DNA of 64,000 bases from Halorutilales archaeon Cl-col2-1 (GTDB lineage: Archaea; Halobacteriota; Halobacteria; Halobacteriales; Afararchaeaceae), in assembly GCA_041891055.1 (NCBI GenBank), contig CP169074.1, forward strand, positions 1,568,001-1,632,000, written 5' to 3'. Position numbers and translations under genes: made by a program. Below, in pieces: positions 10,893 through 21,558 of the stretch. Each line of letters starts with the position of its first letter. Within the stretch, counting starts at the first letter, position 1. The notes beneath the pieces are model-generated. The model was not told the DNA's origin, did no database searches, and saw nothing but the letters and a program-made list of their open reading frames with translations.

Positions 10893-11602
10893 TCTTCAGC
10901 CTCCTGTTCCTCTAAGCTCGTAAGTGATTCACCTATCACGAAGACGTACTCCTCGACGGTTTCGAATGTAGTGCCGTCGTCACGTTCTGCGACTATCGTG
11001 TTGGGACTCGAACCCTCGGTGATACGTACCTCGACGAGTTTTCCGACCTCTCCCGAGTGCTTTCCGTCTACGGCTGTGACGGCACGACCCTCGCCGAAGA
11101 CGAAGTGGTCGACTATCTCGTCTGTCTCGACGTCTACGACAATTGAGTCGTCGGTCGAGTAGACGTCCTCGTCGACTAGTAGGTTGTCTCCGTTATGGAG
11201 GTTGAGCTGTGTCTCACCGCCCTTTATATGGGTCTTGTCAGTGATCTTAGCGAGCTTCGTCGTCGCGGCGTCCTCGTCTATCGGTGTCAGTGAGAGACGT
11301 CCGCCCTCTCCGGGGAAGACACGGTAGTACTCTTCCATCTCGGGGAAGGCGACGATGTCGAACATGCCTATCGGCGTACGTATGTCGTCGGCTGGCTCAC
11401 CGTTTATGACAACCGAGTCGTTGTCGAGTGCGTAACGAGCTTCCTTCGCGTTCTCGACGTATCCGACGACGTCACGTAGAAGAACTACGAGGGGGACACC
11501 TTCCTCACCGTGGGGACCTGCCTGGGGTGAGACGGTGAATACGTAGTTCTTCCTCTCCATGGGCCAGGACGACGGCGCTGAGAGACGTTTCTGGTGCGTC
11601 AT
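10889..11602 (-). CDS. rps4e: 30S ribosomal protein eS4
   Basis: [20 protein letters not shown]. Confidence 0.97.
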   Translation of the reverse strand: MTHQKRLSAPSSWPMERKNYVFTVSPQAGPHGEEGVPLVVLLRDVVGYVENAKEARYALDNDSVVINGEPADDIRTPIGMFDIVAFPEMEEYYRVFPGEGGRLSLTPIDEDAATTKLAKITDKTHIKGGETQLNLHNGDNLLVDEDVYSTDDSIVVDVETDEIVDHFVFGEGRAVTAVDGKHSGEVGKLVEVRITEGSSPNTIVAERDDGTTFETVEEYVFVIGESLTSLEEQEAEE

Positions 11603-11958
11603 TAGTCACCACCTCGTCTGATTCTTTCTTCTCTCTCGGGGTCTTCGAGGTCGAGATCCGTAACACGGAGGTTCGACGCGTCTACCATACGCGGAACTTC
11701 CTCTCCGTCGGCTTTCTCAACAGTGACTCCCTCGACCTCTACCTTCGCCGAGTCGAGGTCGACTCCGAGAACCTCTCCGGTCTCTCCGGCTTCGTCACCT
11801 CTCATGACCTCGACGGTGTCGCCCGCGCTGACCCTGACTCTCCTCGTACCGTACTCATCGCGGAGATCGTCGCTGAGGGTCGCGTGGACGAAGTTATGCC
11901 TCTCGTGCAGGGGTGCTTCGTCCCTCTGCTTTCTCTGTTTACGTGGTTGTGTGGTCAT
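11602..11958 (-). CDS. rpl24: 50S ribosomal protein uL24
   Basis: QPRKQRK, APLHER, GDTVEVMRG. Confidence 0.97.
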   Translation of the reverse strand: MTTQPRKQRKQRDEAPLHERHNFVHATLSDDLRDEYGTRRVRVSAGDTVEVMRGDEAGETGEVLGVDLDSAKVEVEGVTVEKADGEEVPRMVDASNLRVTDLDLEDPEREERIRRGGD

Positions 11959-11970
11959 TCTTTCACCTCT

Positions 11971-12369
11971 TTAGACTATAATGTTCGCGGCACTGGCCAC
12001 CATACCGAACCTCTCGGCGACCTCGCGCGATATCGGACCGCGTATCTCGGTTCCTCTCGGCTCTTCGTTCTCGTCGATTATGACGGCTGCGTTGTCCTCG
12101 AACTTGACACGCGTTCCGTCGGGGCGTTTGAATCCCTTCTTCTGTCTCACTACGACTGCTTCGAGAACCTGTCTCCTCATGTCGGGATCGCCCTTCGTCA
12201 CACTCACGACTACGACGTCACCGAGTCCAGCCTTGGGCTGTCTGCTCCTCGTGCCTCCGTAGTTCTTCGCGCTTATGAGACGTAGCTCACGTGCGCCCGT
12301 GTTGTCGGCGCAGTTGAGCTTCGTTCCCTTCGTGAGGGGCTTGGGTATGTCGGCTGCTACTGCTTTCAT
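11971..12369 (-). CDS. rpl14: 50S ribosomal protein uL14
   Basis: [23 protein letters not shown]; true start MKAVAAD at 12369. Confidence 0.97.
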   Translation of the reverse strand: MKAVAADIPKPLTKGTKLNCADNTGARELRLISAKNYGGTRSRQPKAGLGDVVVVSVTKGDPDMRRQVLEAVVVRQKKGFKRPDGTRVKFEDNAAVIIDENEEPRGTEIRGPISREVAERFGMVASAANIIV

Positions 12370-12698
12370 TGTTCTTCCTCCACTACCTCTATTACGACGA
12401 AGTTCTTCGTCTTGCTCAGAGGTCTGCACTCCGCGACTCTCACCGTGTCGCCCTCCTCGGGATCGAGGCAGGCGGGGGAGTGTGCGGAGACACGTGACCT
12501 CCGTCTCATCTGTCTGTCGTACTTCGGAACGTTGACGTCGTGCTCCCTCTCGACGACTACCGTCTTGTCCATCTTGTCGCTCGCGACTTCGCCCTCTATG
12601 ACCGTACCGCGGACACCTAGGGTGCCGTGGAACGGACAGTTGTCGTCGGAGCACGTCTCGTCGGGCTCCGGAACGTCGAATCCTATGTTTGCTGACAT
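12366..12698 (-). CDS. rps17: 30S ribosomal protein uS17
   Basis: [22 protein letters not shown]. Confidence 0.98.
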   Translation of the reverse strand: MSANIGFDVPEPDETCSDDNCPFHGTLGVRGTVIEGEVASDKMDKTVVVEREHDVNVPKYDRQMRRRSRVSAHSPACLDPEEGDTVRVAECRPLSKTKNFVVIEVVEEEQ

Positions 12699-12700
12699 GT

Positions 12701-12985
12701 TTATCTCGTGTTTTTTGTGCGTTCGGCAGGACTTCCGTGGATAGCGTCACCTTCCACCCTCACCCTCTCGGAGCCGAGGTCGAAGACGAATGTCGACGAC
12801 CTTTTCGGGACCGTCTTCTTGTCTCCTTCCTGCTTGATTTCGAGACAGTTCTTTGTCTCGTAGACAACGTGTCCCTCGGTACCCACGACAGACTCGTCGG
12901 ACGACTCGACTACTTCCACGTCGAGTCCGATGAGCTCGTGTCGGAGTATACTGTCGGGCGTCGGTGTAGGGGTGACTGACTCCAT
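12701..12985 (-). CDS. rnp1: RNase P protein component 1 (Rpp29/Pop4)
   Basis: RHELIGL.VEV, G.VV.ET.N, VPK...F.F; conserved position. Confidence 0.93.
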   Translation of the reverse strand: MESVTPTPTPDSILRHELIGLDVEVVESSDESVVGTEGHVVYETKNCLEIKQEGDKKTVPKRSSTFVFDLGSERVRVEGDAIHGSPAERTKNTR

Positions 12986-13188
12986 TACTCGTTCTGCCTT
13001 TCGTTCTGTATCGTCTTTATACGTGCTATCGTGCGTTTGAGCTCGCCTATCCTTCCGGGGTTTTCGGGAGCTCCTCCCGCCGCCTGCATCGACTTCGCTC
13101 TGAGGAGCTCGTCTTCGAGATCCTCAAGCTCCTCCTGTACTTCCTCGTCTGCCATCTCGCGTATCTCGTCTGCTCTTAGTATCGCCAT
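12985..13188 (-). CDS. rpl29: 50S ribosomal protein uL29
   Basis: [22 protein letters not shown]. Confidence 0.97.
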   Translation of the reverse strand: MAILRADEIREMADEEVQEELEDLEDELLRAKSMQAAGGAPENPGRIGELKRTIARIKTIQNERQNE

Positions 13189-14138
13189 CACGAATCACCT
13201 CCGACTCCGAACTCGTCGGCTAGCTCGTCTGTCATCTCCTCCCTCGACAGGTTCGCCTTTACGCCGACGTCTTTTGCGAGAAGCTGGAGTTCTCTGTATG
13301 ACATCTCTTCGAGGTCGTCGAGTGTCTCGGGTGCGGGCGGTGTCTCGTCGGACTCACCCTCGGTTTCCTCGTCTGCCTCTGCCTGAGTCTCCTCGGCTTC
13401 GGCTTCTTCCTCTTCTACTTCTTCTTCTACCCTCTCGGTCTCCTCCTCGACTATCTCCTCTATGCCCTCGGCTTCCTGAGTCTCGGCTTCCTCGACTTCG
13501 GGCTCAGCCTTTTCGGCTTCGGGTATGAGGTCGTCGACGTCTTCGATGTCCTCGATGACGAAGTTGTCGGGGAGTTCGGCGTCGGGCGGTATTATACGCA
13601 CCTGGACACCTATCGCCCCGAGCTTCATGACGGCGGTACCGTAGCCCGTGTCGACTATCTCCTCGGCGGGCTCTCCGCAGTGCTTGATGTAGCCGTCGGA
13701 GAACTTCTCTACACGTGAACGTGCTCCCGTCACCTTTCCGCTGAAGACGATCTCGGCTCCACGGGCTCCGGCGTCCATTATCTTCCTCACCGTCGTCTGA
13801 CCCGCGTCACGGAAGTGCCATCCTCTCTCGAGGGCGTTGGCGAGCCTGTCGGCGACTATACGCGCGTTGAGGTCGGGCTCCGTGACCTCCTGGACGTCTA
13901 TCTGAGGGTCTTCTACGTCGAACCTCTCCTCGAGCTTGTCGGTGAGATCACGTATGTTCTTTCCGCCCTTACCGATGACCATTCCGGGCTTCTCTGCGTG
14001 AAGCTCTATCTCCGTACCCATTGGTGTACGTGCGAGCTCCATTCCTCCGTAGCCCGCGCGTCCGAGCTCCTCCTCGAAGAACTCGTCTATGCGCGACTTC
14101 TTGAGACCGTTCTTGACGAACTCTCTCTCATTAGCCAT
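13188..14138 (-). CDS. rps3: 30S ribosomal protein uS3 with long acidic tail and extra C-terminal helical domain
   Basis: [32 protein letters not shown]. Confidence 0.97.
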   Translation of the reverse strand: MANEREFVKNGLKKSRIDEFFEEELGRAGYGGMELARTPMGTEIELHAEKPGMVIGKGGKNIRDLTDKLEERFDVEDPQIDVQEVTEPDLNARIVADRLANALERGWHFRDAGQTTVRKIMDAGARGAEIVFSGKVTGARSRVEKFSDGYIKHCGEPAEEIVDTGYGTAVMKLGAIGVQVRIIPPDAELPDNFVIEDIEDVDDLIPEAEKAEPEVEEAETQEAEGIEEIVEEETERVEEEVEEEEAEAEETQAEADEETEGESDETPPAPETLDDLEEMSYRELQLLAKDVGVKANLSREEMTDELADEFGVGGDS

Positions 14139-14139
14139 T

Positions 14140-14616
14140 TTATTCGCCCTCCGTTTCGGCTTCTTCCTGTTTGAGTATCATCTCTATGTCGACTATGGGC
14201 GTCTGTGCGGGCGACGCACGTCCGAAGGCGCGAGGCATCGTACCTCTCGCCTCTCCTGTCTTGTGTGCGGCGACGTGCTCTATGTACATCTCGTCGGGGT
14301 CGAAGCCCTGATAGTCGGCGTTCGACGCCGCGTTTTCGAGTACCTTGAGCATCTCGCTCGCCGCCTTCTCGGGGTATCTTCCGGCGTCCCAGCCGTCTAT
14401 CTCGGATCTGTGACCCACGTCGGAGTTGTGTTTCTTGAACGGGACTGCCTCGTCGCCCTCGATCACGTTTTCGAGACTCTCGCGCGCCTCGTCGACCTGC
14501 ATTCCCTTTATGTAACGTGCGACCTCGACGGAGTCCTTCTTGCTCACGTGTCGGTCACGACCTATCGCCTTAGCGGTCGTGTCTTCGTCTACGTCTTTTG
14601 AGTAGCTGATTCCCAT
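14140..14616 (-). CDS. rpl22: 50S ribosomal protein uL22
   Basis: AGRYPEKA, PRAFGRA. Confidence 0.97.
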   Translation of the reverse strand: MGISYSKDVDEDTTAKAIGRDRHVSKKDSVEVARYIKGMQVDEARESLENVIEGDEAVPFKKHNSDVGHRSEIDGWDAGRYPEKAASEMLKVLENAASNADYQGFDPDEMYIEHVAAHKTGEARGTMPRAFGRASPAQTPIVDIEMILKQEEAETEGE

Positions 14617-14621
14617 ATGTA

Positions 14622-15026
14622 TCACTTGAGGGGTACGAACTTCGACGAGCGCGTGGCTCCGAGTCCCGCCTGTCCGTGCTCTACGTCCTTCCTCGTCATC
14701 TCGAACTCGCCGAGGTAATGTCCGATCATCTCGGGCTCGACGTCGACGCGTGCGAACTCCTCTCCGTTGTAGACCATGAAGGTCGTCTCGACCATCTCGG
14801 GGAGTATAGGCATGTCCCTGAGATGTGTACGTATCTCGTCGTCTCCGTCACGTACGCGTTCGAGGAGCTTCTCGCGCTCCTCTCCGAGTCCTCTTTCGAG
14901 AGTCCTACGTATCCTCGCGGGCATTATCTCCTGGAGCTCATCGAGATCCATCTCCTGGAGCTCTTCGAGGCTGTAGCCCCTGTACTGGAACTCTCCTTCT
15001 CTGCTTGGTAGCTCTGACTCTGACAT
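14622..15026 (-). CDS. rps19: 30S ribosomal protein uS19
   Basis: [28 protein letters not shown]. Confidence 0.98.
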   Translation of the reverse strand: MSESELPSREGEFQYRGYSLEELQEMDLDELQEIMPARIRRTLERGLGEEREKLLERVRDGDDEIRTHLRDMPILPEMVETTFMVYNGEEFARVDVEPEMIGHYLGEFEMTRKDVEHGQAGLGATRSSKFVPLK

Positions 15027-15040
15027 CTTATCACCTTGTG

Positions 15041-15754
15041 TTAGTTGTTTCCTGTTCTCCTGCTTCCTATGTCACCGACCTTCCTTCCGGGCGGTGCGTT
15101 AGGACTGATCGACTTGGGCTTTCCGGGGTGCTGTCTTCCTCCGCCACCGAACGGATGGTCTATCGCGTTCATGGCGACTCCACGCACCTTGGGCCACTTT
15201 CCTCCGCGTGACTTCATCTTGTGGTGTTTGTTACCAGCCTTGAGCATCGGCTTCTCAAGCCTTCCTCCACCTGCGACTATTCCGACTGTCGCCCTGCACT
15301 TGGGGTTGAACTGCCTGAGCTCTCCGCTGGGTAGCTGTACTACTGTTCCGCCCTTCTCGTGGGCTATGATAGACGCGCCGGTTCCCGACGAGCGTGCTAT
15401 CTTGCCACCGTCTCCAGGCTTTATCTCCAGGTTGCAGACCGGAACCCCCTCGGGTATCTCAGCGAGTGGAAGAGTGTTACCCGGCTCTATGTCAGCCGAG
15501 ACTCCTGCCTCTATCACGTCGCCGACTCCGACTCCCTCGGGGACGAGAACGTGACGTACGTCGCCGTCCTCGTACTCGACACGTGCGACGGGTGCCGACC
15601 TCGCGGGGTCGTGTTCGAGCTCGATGATCTCGCCGACCATCGTCTCGTCGTCGCCCGTCTCCTTGTGCTCGGTCTTAGCCTTGTAACGGTGACTAGGTGC
15701 CCTGTACGTCGGGCTTCCCTTTCCTGCCTTCTGCTGTCTGATTGGTTTTCCCAT
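15041..15754 (-). CDS. rpl2: 50S ribosomal protein uL2
   Basis: [24 protein letters not shown]. Confidence 0.98.
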   Translation of the reverse strand: MGKPIRQQKAGKGSPTYRAPSHRYKAKTEHKETGDDETMVGEIIELEHDPARSAPVARVEYEDGDVRHVLVPEGVGVGDVIEAGVSADIEPGNTLPLAEIPEGVPVCNLEIKPGDGGKIARSSGTGASIIAHEKGGTVVQLPSGELRQFNPKCRATVGIVAGGGRLEKPMLKAGNKHHKMKSRGGKWPKVRGVAMNAIDHPFGGGGRQHPGKPKSISPNAPPGRKVGDIGSRRTGNN

Positions 15755-15769
15755 ACTTTCACCTCGTGG

Positions 15770-16021
15770 TTAGAACGCTCCCATTCTCGAAGCGAGATCC
15801 TGTGCGGCGTCTTCCTCGACGAACCTCACAGTCGCCTTCTTCTCGCCTTCCATGGTTATCTGTGTGTTGACGTCAGCGACATCGACGTCGTACGCCGACT
15901 CTATCGCCTCGGATATCTCGGGCTTTGCGGCGTCTATGTCGACTATGAACTGCATCTTGTTCTCGAAGTCCATCTGATCCATCGCCTTCTCCGTGATGTG
16001 GGGTCTGACTATTACGCTCAT
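15770..16021 (-). CDS. rpl23: 50S ribosomal protein uL23
   Basis: P.ITEKAM, GEKKA.V. Confidence 0.97.
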   Translation of the reverse strand: MSVIVRPHITEKAMDQMDFENKMQFIVDIDAAKPEISEAIESAYDVDVADVNTQITMEGEKKATVRFVEEDAAQDLASRMGAF

Positions 16022-16767
16022 CTTTCGTCTAGCACCTCGAGTGCTTTCTCTGTCCAGACCGTGAGTCTTCCTCCGACGCCTCCGGGTGCGAGATCCCTGA
16101 CGTCGACGTCCTCGGCGGAGACGACGTCGGCACCTGCGAGGTTTCTCGCCGCCTTGTAGTCGTTCATCGCCGTCACGAAGAGTATGCTCTTGGGTCTCCT
16201 GTACTTCCTGCCTCTCGTCGTACCCTGTCCCGCACGTACCTTCCTGTCGTCGGCTCTCTCTATGTCGTCGTAGAGACCGATCTCCTTCAGAACGTCGACA
16301 ACTTCCTGTGTCTTCACGAGATCCTCGAACCCTGCGTCGACTACTACGGGAAGATCGAGGCTGTCGTCGAATTCGTGTCCCCTCTCGGCGACTACCTCGG
16401 AATCAGCCGTCGCGGCTACGGCACTTCTGACAGCCTTCTTCCTCTCCTTGTCGTTGATGTCCTCGCCGATATTCTTCTCAGCCTTCGGGGGATGTGCTCG
16501 TCTTCCGCCTACGACGTGGGGTGAACGCGCTGCTGTGTTCGAGTTCTTCACTCTCGGAACCTGTGCGGCTCCTCTTCCCTTACCCCAAGACTCGGCACTC
16601 GTCCTCTTCCCTGCGAATGGGTCTGCGCCGTAGGGCTGCTTCGCGTTCGCCTCGGCTGAGTGGAACGCCTTCTTTATGATGTCGGGACGGTACTCCTCCT
16701 CGAATGTGTCGGGGAGATCGATCGTCTCGTTCTTTTCTCCGTCTACTGTGTATACGTCTGCTTCCAT
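16018..16767 (-). CDS. rpl4: 50S ribosomal protein uL4
   Basis: TSAESWG.GRG, RRAHPPK, LAPGG..GRLTVWT. Confidence 0.98.
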   Translation of the reverse strand: MEADVYTVDGEKNETIDLPDTFEEEYRPDIIKKAFHSAEANAKQPYGADPFAGKRTSAESWGKGRGAAQVPRVKNSNTAARSPHVVGGRRAHPPKAEKNIGEDINDKERKKAVRSAVAATADSEVVAERGHEFDDSLDLPVVVDAGFEDLVKTQEVVDVLKEIGLYDDIERADDRKVRAGQGTTRGRKYRRPKSILFVTAMNDYKAARNLAGADVVSAEDVDVRDLAPGGVGGRLTVWTEKALEVLDER

Positions 16768-16771
16768 TCTA

Positions 16772-17764
16772 TCACCTGCTTATGTACTCGATCTCGGGGT
16801 CGTATCTGTTCTCGCCCTTCGGACGCACGGGCTTGCGCGTCCTCACGAGACGTTTCTTGGGACCCGGAACGCTGCCCTTGACGAGCATGTATCCCGACTT
16901 GACCTCTCCGTAGTCGGTGATACCGCCCTCGGGTGTGACTTCTTTGCCATCGTCTCCCGTCGAGAGGAGGCGTTTGTTGACCTCGGTTCTCTGGTGGTAT
17001 CCCGTCTGTCCCTGCTGAGGAACCGTCGAACGTACACGTGACGGATGCCACGGACCGAGGTTGCCTATTCTGCGCTTGTATCCCTGTCGGGCGTGCTTGC
17101 CCTTTCTTAGCTGGACTCCCCAGCGCTTTACGGGACCCTGTGTACCCTTACCCTTCGTGATCGAGGAGACGTCGAGGTACTCTCCGTCCCTGTGTATCTC
17201 GTCGGGCTCCACCTCGTCACCGAGGAGTTCGAGACCGTGTTCGAGACGGTCTTCGACTGAGCCGCCTCCGATACGTGTCTCCATCACGTCGGGTGTCCTC
17301 CTCGGGACGTTGGCGAGGTTGGGTAAGGTGTAGGTTATCGCTCTTATCTCAGAGACCTCGTCGATTGAGTCTCTTATCTTTTCCTCGGCACTCTCGGGGT
17401 CGTGCCCCTCGGGCACGTTGAGAGCGCGGTCTATTCCGTCGTTTGTGTCGAAGCTGTCCGTCCATACCTCTGTGAGCGGACGCTTTCCGTACGGTGTGTC
17501 TCGGTACGCCCTTACGGCTCCGATCTTTATCGGGGGCGTTTCGAGTATAGTAACCGGCACACTCTCCGTCATACCTTCACGGGGTGAGTCGGGCTTGTCG
17601 TTGACCATTAGAACGTGGGTCATGCCCGCCTTGTATCCCGCGAAGCCCTGTAGCTCCGTCGTGTCGGATTCGGGCCACGAGCGGAAGTTCGGAACCTCCG
17701 ACTCCGCTCTCTTTCTGGGACCGAATCCCTTGGATCCGCGTCTTGGTTTTGATGGAGTAGGCAT
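16772..17764 (-). CDS. rpl3: 50S ribosomal protein uL3
   Basis: GYKAGMTH, TKGKGTQGPVKRWG, GYHQRTE, KGSVPG. Confidence 0.98.
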   Translation of the reverse strand: MPTPSKPRRGSKGFGPRKRAESEVPNFRSWPESDTTELQGFAGYKAGMTHVLMVNDKPDSPREGMTESVPVTILETPPIKIGAVRAYRDTPYGKRPLTEVWTDSFDTNDGIDRALNVPEGHDPESAEEKIRDSIDEVSEIRAITYTLPNLANVPRRTPDVMETRIGGGSVEDRLEHGLELLGDEVEPDEIHRDGEYLDVSSITKGKGTQGPVKRWGVQLRKGKHARQGYKRRIGNLGPWHPSRVRSTVPQQGQTGYHQRTEVNKRLLSTGDDGKEVTPEGGITDYGEVKSGYMLVKGSVPGPKKRLVRTRKPVRPKGENRYDPEIEYISR

Positions 17765-17767
17765 ATC

Positions 17768-18640
17768 TTAAGTCCTCCTTGTCTTCGTCTTGTCTTGCAC
17801 TCTTGCTATGTTGAGTACGGCGAGTGACGAGAAGACCGCCTCCTCGGTTCTCACCGTACGTGTACCCTGATCGGGTACTGTGTTAACTGTCAGGTCGAAG
17901 CTTTCGGACGGCTGGTCGACGGAGTAGTACTCCCTCAGAATACTGTAGACACCTCGTCCGGGTGCTCCGAATACGACACCTATCTCGTTCTCGTCACCGT
18001 CTCGTTTCCGGGTCTCTTCTGTACTACGGATCTCGTCCAAGTCTACTGTCTCTCCTTTACGAGACGTGGCTACTACTGTGCCGTCGGTGTCGTCGATCCA
18101 GTCGACGAGCGAGGATCTCGTGACCTCGTATCCCCAGTAGTCGGGGACTTCTTCCTCGTCGACTATCTCGGCTCTCAGAGGCTCTCTCGAATGTATTCTG
18201 AGGGTAACGCGTTCGCCCTCACGTACGTCTTGCGTCGTACGTAGAGCGACCGGGTGTTGCAGTCCGCAATTGACCCGTACGCGTCCGTCAGAGCCGATCT
18301 TACTCACTACGCCCTGTCTGTACTGGCTTACATCACGACTGCGTTCGCTGTCGGAACGCGAGACTGTATGCGGCGGTATCTGAAGCGGCGGCATGACGCC
18401 CGCGTACCTGAGCTCTTCACGCCTTTCGAAGACGTGTTTCCTCAGATAGGGGGGCGTCACCGCGTATTCGAGGAGTAGACTGATCTCGTCCGCCTCGTCG
18501 GGGTCGTCGTCGAAGACGACCACCTCGTCACACCGAAAGACCGAGGCAGCGCGCGCGATCTCGCCCACTTTGTAGGCTTTCCTGCGTCCGCTTTCGGTCT
18601 CCGATGTCAGAGACGCCGGGATCAGTAACGTAACTCGCAT
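17768..18640 (-). CDS. SPOUT-family RNA methyltransferase (DUF171/MTH1-like)
   Basis: IARAASVF, TPPYLRK, NTVPDQGTRTVRTEEA; conserved position upstream of rpl3. Confidence 0.9.
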   Translation of the reverse strand: MRVTLLIPASLTSETESGRRKAYKVGEIARAASVFRCDEVVVFDDDPDEADEISLLLEYAVTPPYLRKHVFERREELRYAGVMPPLQIPPHTVSRSDSERSRDVSQYRQGVVSKIGSDGRVRVNCGLQHPVALRTTQDVREGERVTLRIHSREPLRAEIVDEEEVPDYWGYEVTRSSLVDWIDDTDGTVVATSRKGETVDLDEIRSTEETRKRDGDENEIGVVFGAPGRGVYSILREYYSVDQPSESFDLTVNTVPDQGTRTVRTEEAVFSSLAVLNIARVQDKTKTRRT

Positions 18641-18822
18641 ACGCCGGTTAGCCGCTTACCGCATTAGTCTCTGTCGGTATGGGGTAAGTTCGCCTTCCTA
18701 CTTTGATAAGGCTGTCGTTCGAGAGGGTCTTTGGGAGGCTGTGTCAGGCACGTCTCGGGCAACCGTCGAAAACCGTAATGGTTTATTAGCGAAAAGGACA
18801 GTTTGAGACAGGTGAGTAACTC

Positions 18823-19092
18823 TTGAAACATCAGACCATCCGGGACGACTCGGGCAGACGGATCAAGCTCGGGATTCCAGACCACGCCGACGACGAGGAG
18901 ATGGCGGCTCTCTCGGCTGCTGTGTCGGCTCTGATATCCGCACAGGAGACAGAGGAAGAAGAGGAAGAAGAAGAGGTAGACTCGTGGAAGATGTCGGGTC
19001 GTTACGCCACCGTCGGAGAGAGGGGCAAGAAGACTCCGAAGGGTCTCACGGCTTCCGGATGGAAACTTTCATCAAGAGCTGACAGGTTCTAA
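18823..19092 (+). CDS. pccX: Acyl-CoA carboxylase small subunit (PccX/acc operon protein)
   Basis: IPD.ADDEE.AA..AAV...W...GR...W....R.DRF pattern; SD GGTGA before TTG; adjacent to pccA. Confidence 0.7.
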   Translation: MKHQTIRDDSGRRIKLGIPDHADDEEMAALSAAVSALISAQETEEEEEEEEVDSWKMSGRYATVGERGKKTPKGLTASGWKLSSRADRF

Positions 19093-19108
19093 CTGAGGGA
19101 TACAAAAA

Positions 19109-20893
19109 ATGACACAGTTTGACAAGGTTCTGGTCGCGAACAGAGGAGAGATCGCAATAAGGGTTCTGAGAGCATGTAGGGAGCTAGGCATAGACACCGT
19201 CGCAGTCTACTCGGAAGTCGACAAGGAGGCGAGACACGTTGACTACGCCGATGAGGCGTACAACATAGGACCCGAGGCAGCGAGCGAGTCGTACCTCAAT
19301 CAGGATAACATCTTCGAGGTCGCACACGAGGCTGACGTCGACGCTATACATCCTGGATACGGATTCCTCGCCGAGAACGCTGACTTCGCCGAGAGATGCC
19401 GTGACGAGGGCATCGTCTTCATAGGTCCTCCCTCGAATGCGATGGACATAATGGCGTCTAAGACGAAGGCGCGCGAGGAGATGAAGGAAGCGGGCGTTCC
19501 GCCCGTACCCGGTACGACAGATCCCGCCGAGTCGGTCGAGGAGGTCAAGGAGTTCGGCGACGAGCACGGCTACCCTATCGCCATAAAGGCTGCGGCGGGA
19601 GGAGGAGGAAAGGGTCTCCGTATCGCCCACGACGAGGAGGAGGCGGAGGACGCCTACGAGGGCGCGAAACGTGAGGGTCGAGCCTACTTCGACGACGAGA
19701 CAGTCTACCTAGAGAGGTACCTCGAGAACCCGAGACACATAGAGGTACAGGTTCTCTCCGACAAACACGGAAACCACCTCCATCTCGGAGAACGTGACTG
19801 TTCGATACAGAGGGAGCACCAGAAGATAGTCGAGGAGACACCGTCGCTAGCGATAACCGACGAGGAGCGCGAGGAGCTCGGACAGACCGCGATAGACGCC
19901 GCCGATGCGGTCGACTACACGAGTGCGGGAACCGTCGAGTTCCTGTATGAGGACGGCGACTTCTACTTCCTCGAGATGAACACGAGGATACAGGTCGAGC
20001 ATACCGTGACCGAGATGGTGACGGGAATAGACATCGTCAAGTGGCAGATCCGTATCGCCCAGGGCGAGGAGATCGACTTCGACCAGGACGACGTCGAGAT
20101 AGACGGAGCCTCGATAGAGTGCAGAATAAACGCTGAAGACCCCTCACGCGACTTCGCTCCGACGCCGGGTAAGGTCACTAACTACCACGCACCCGGAGGA
20201 TACGGTGTACGTATGGACTCGGCTCTCTACAACGGCTACGAGATAGTCGGGTCTTACGACTCGATGGTCGGAAAGCTAATATCTTGGGGTGAGGACAGGG
20301 ACGAAGCTATAAAGAGAATGAGACGTGGACTCTGGGAGCTACGTGTCGACGGCGTCACGACTAACGTTCCGTTCCTAGAGCTCATACTCCACGACTCGAC
20401 CTTCGTCGCCGGAAACGTCACGACCAACTACTTCGACGAGCACATCGACCAGGAGGACATCGAGAGAGCGATGGAGGAGCTCGATGTCATAGACGTCGTC
20501 CAGGATGAGGAAGAGGGCGTCGTCGTACAGCGCGAGTTCAAGGCTGAGGTCAACGGCAAGCTCTTTAACATAAACCTCGCCGAGATAGGAGCGGGAGACA
20601 TAGACGAGCAGAAGGAGAAACAGGAGAAGAAGAAGAAGAAACGTGCCGAGCGCGAGAAGAGGGAAGCCGAGACCGAGGCGGGCGAGGTCGTCTCCGCCGA
20701 GATGCAGGGCACCATCGTCGAGGTCAACGTCGAAGAGGGCGACGAGGTCGAAGAGGGCGACGTGATCTGTGTCCTCGAAGCCATGAAGATGGAGAACGAC
20801 ATAATCACCAACACCGCCGGAACGGTTCAGGAGATAGCAGTCGAGGAGGATCAGGACATCGACATGGACGACCTGATCGCAGTCATCGAATAA
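19109..20893 (+). CDS. pccA: Acyl-CoA carboxylase biotin carboxylase/BCCP subunit
   Basis: VANRGEIA, HPGYGFLAEN, GGGGKG, FLEMNTRIQVEH, EAMKM biotinylation motif. Confidence 0.95.
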   Translation: MTQFDKVLVANRGEIAIRVLRACRELGIDTVAVYSEVDKEARHVDYADEAYNIGPEAASESYLNQDNIFEVAHEADVDAIHPGYGFLAENADFAERCRDEGIVFIGPPSNAMDIMASKTKAREEMKEAGVPPVPGTTDPAESVEEVKEFGDEHGYPIAIKAAAGGGGKGLRIAHDEEEAEDAYEGAKREGRAYFDDETVYLERYLENPRHIEVQVLSDKHGNHLHLGERDCSIQREHQKIVEETPSLAITDEEREELGQTAIDAADAVDYTSAGTVEFLYEDGDFYFLEMNTRIQVEHTVTEMVTGIDIVKWQIRIAQGEEIDFDQDDVEIDGASIECRINAEDPSRDFAPTPGKVTNYHAPGGYGVRMDSALYNGYEIVGSYDSMVGKLISWGEDRDEAIKRMRRGLWELRVDGVTTNVPFLELILHDSTFVAGNVTTNYFDEHIDQEDIERAMEELDVIDVVQDEEEGVVVQREFKAEVNGKLFNINLAEIGAGDIDEQKEKQEKKKKKRAEREKREAETEAGEVVSAEMQGTIVEVNVEEGDEVEEGDVICVLEAMKMENDIITNTAGTVQEIAVEEDQDIDMDDLIAVIE

Positions 20894-21335
20894 CTTCGAG
20901 TATCTCCTCGGCGTGTCCCTCAGGCGACACGTCGTCGTATATCTTCTCTACTTTTCCTTCCTCGTCTATGACGTAGGTCTTCCTGAAGACGCCGTCGAAG
21001 CTGTTGCCGAACATCTTCTTCTCACCGTAGGCGTCGTACTCAGAGGCGACCTCGCCCGACTCGTCGCTCAGGAGGTCGAACGGGAGGTCGTACTTCTCCT
21101 CGAACTTCTTGAGGTCGTCGACTGGGTCGTCGCTGACACCTAATACCACGGCGTTCTCGTCTTCTAGGTCGTCGTATACGTCCCTGAAGCCGCAAGCCTC
21201 GGTCGTACAGCCCGGCGTGTCGGCGCGCGGGTAGAAGTAGAGGACGACCCATCTTCCCTCGTAGTCTGAGAGGCTGACTTCCTCGCCGTCCTGGTTCTCT
21301 AAGCTGAAGTCGGGTGGTGTGTCTCCTTCTTGCAT
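20883..21335 (-). CDS. bcp: Peroxiredoxin (BCP/PrxQ)
   Basis: YFYPRADTPGCTTEACGFRD. Confidence 0.95.
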   Translation of the reverse strand: MQEGDTPPDFSLENQDGEEVSLSDYEGRWVVLYFYPRADTPGCTTEACGFRDVYDDLEDENAVVLGVSDDPVDDLKKFEEKYDLPFDLLSDESGEVASEYDAYGEKKMFGNSFDGVFRKTYVIDEEGKVEKIYDDVSPEGHAEEILEVIR

Positions 21336-21558
21336 ACGTAGTAGTCGTACACAGATAGGGATAAGTCTTAGTCCGGGAGAGGGTATATCTGACTAAAACC
21401 GGGAGTCTTCGTATAAAGTGGACGAGATAAACCGAAAACCGGCGGATCTGAACCACAGTCAGTTCACTAAACAGTATACCTCTGGTTCAGACTCCCGATA
21501 AATAAGATGAGGAGCGCTTCGCATGCCTCAACGGTGTCGACTCGCCAAATCAGTGTAG

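Noticed and set aside
12370-12750. N-terminal extension of uL14 (259 aa ORF)
   Set aside because: Overlaps rps17; the true start is 12369.
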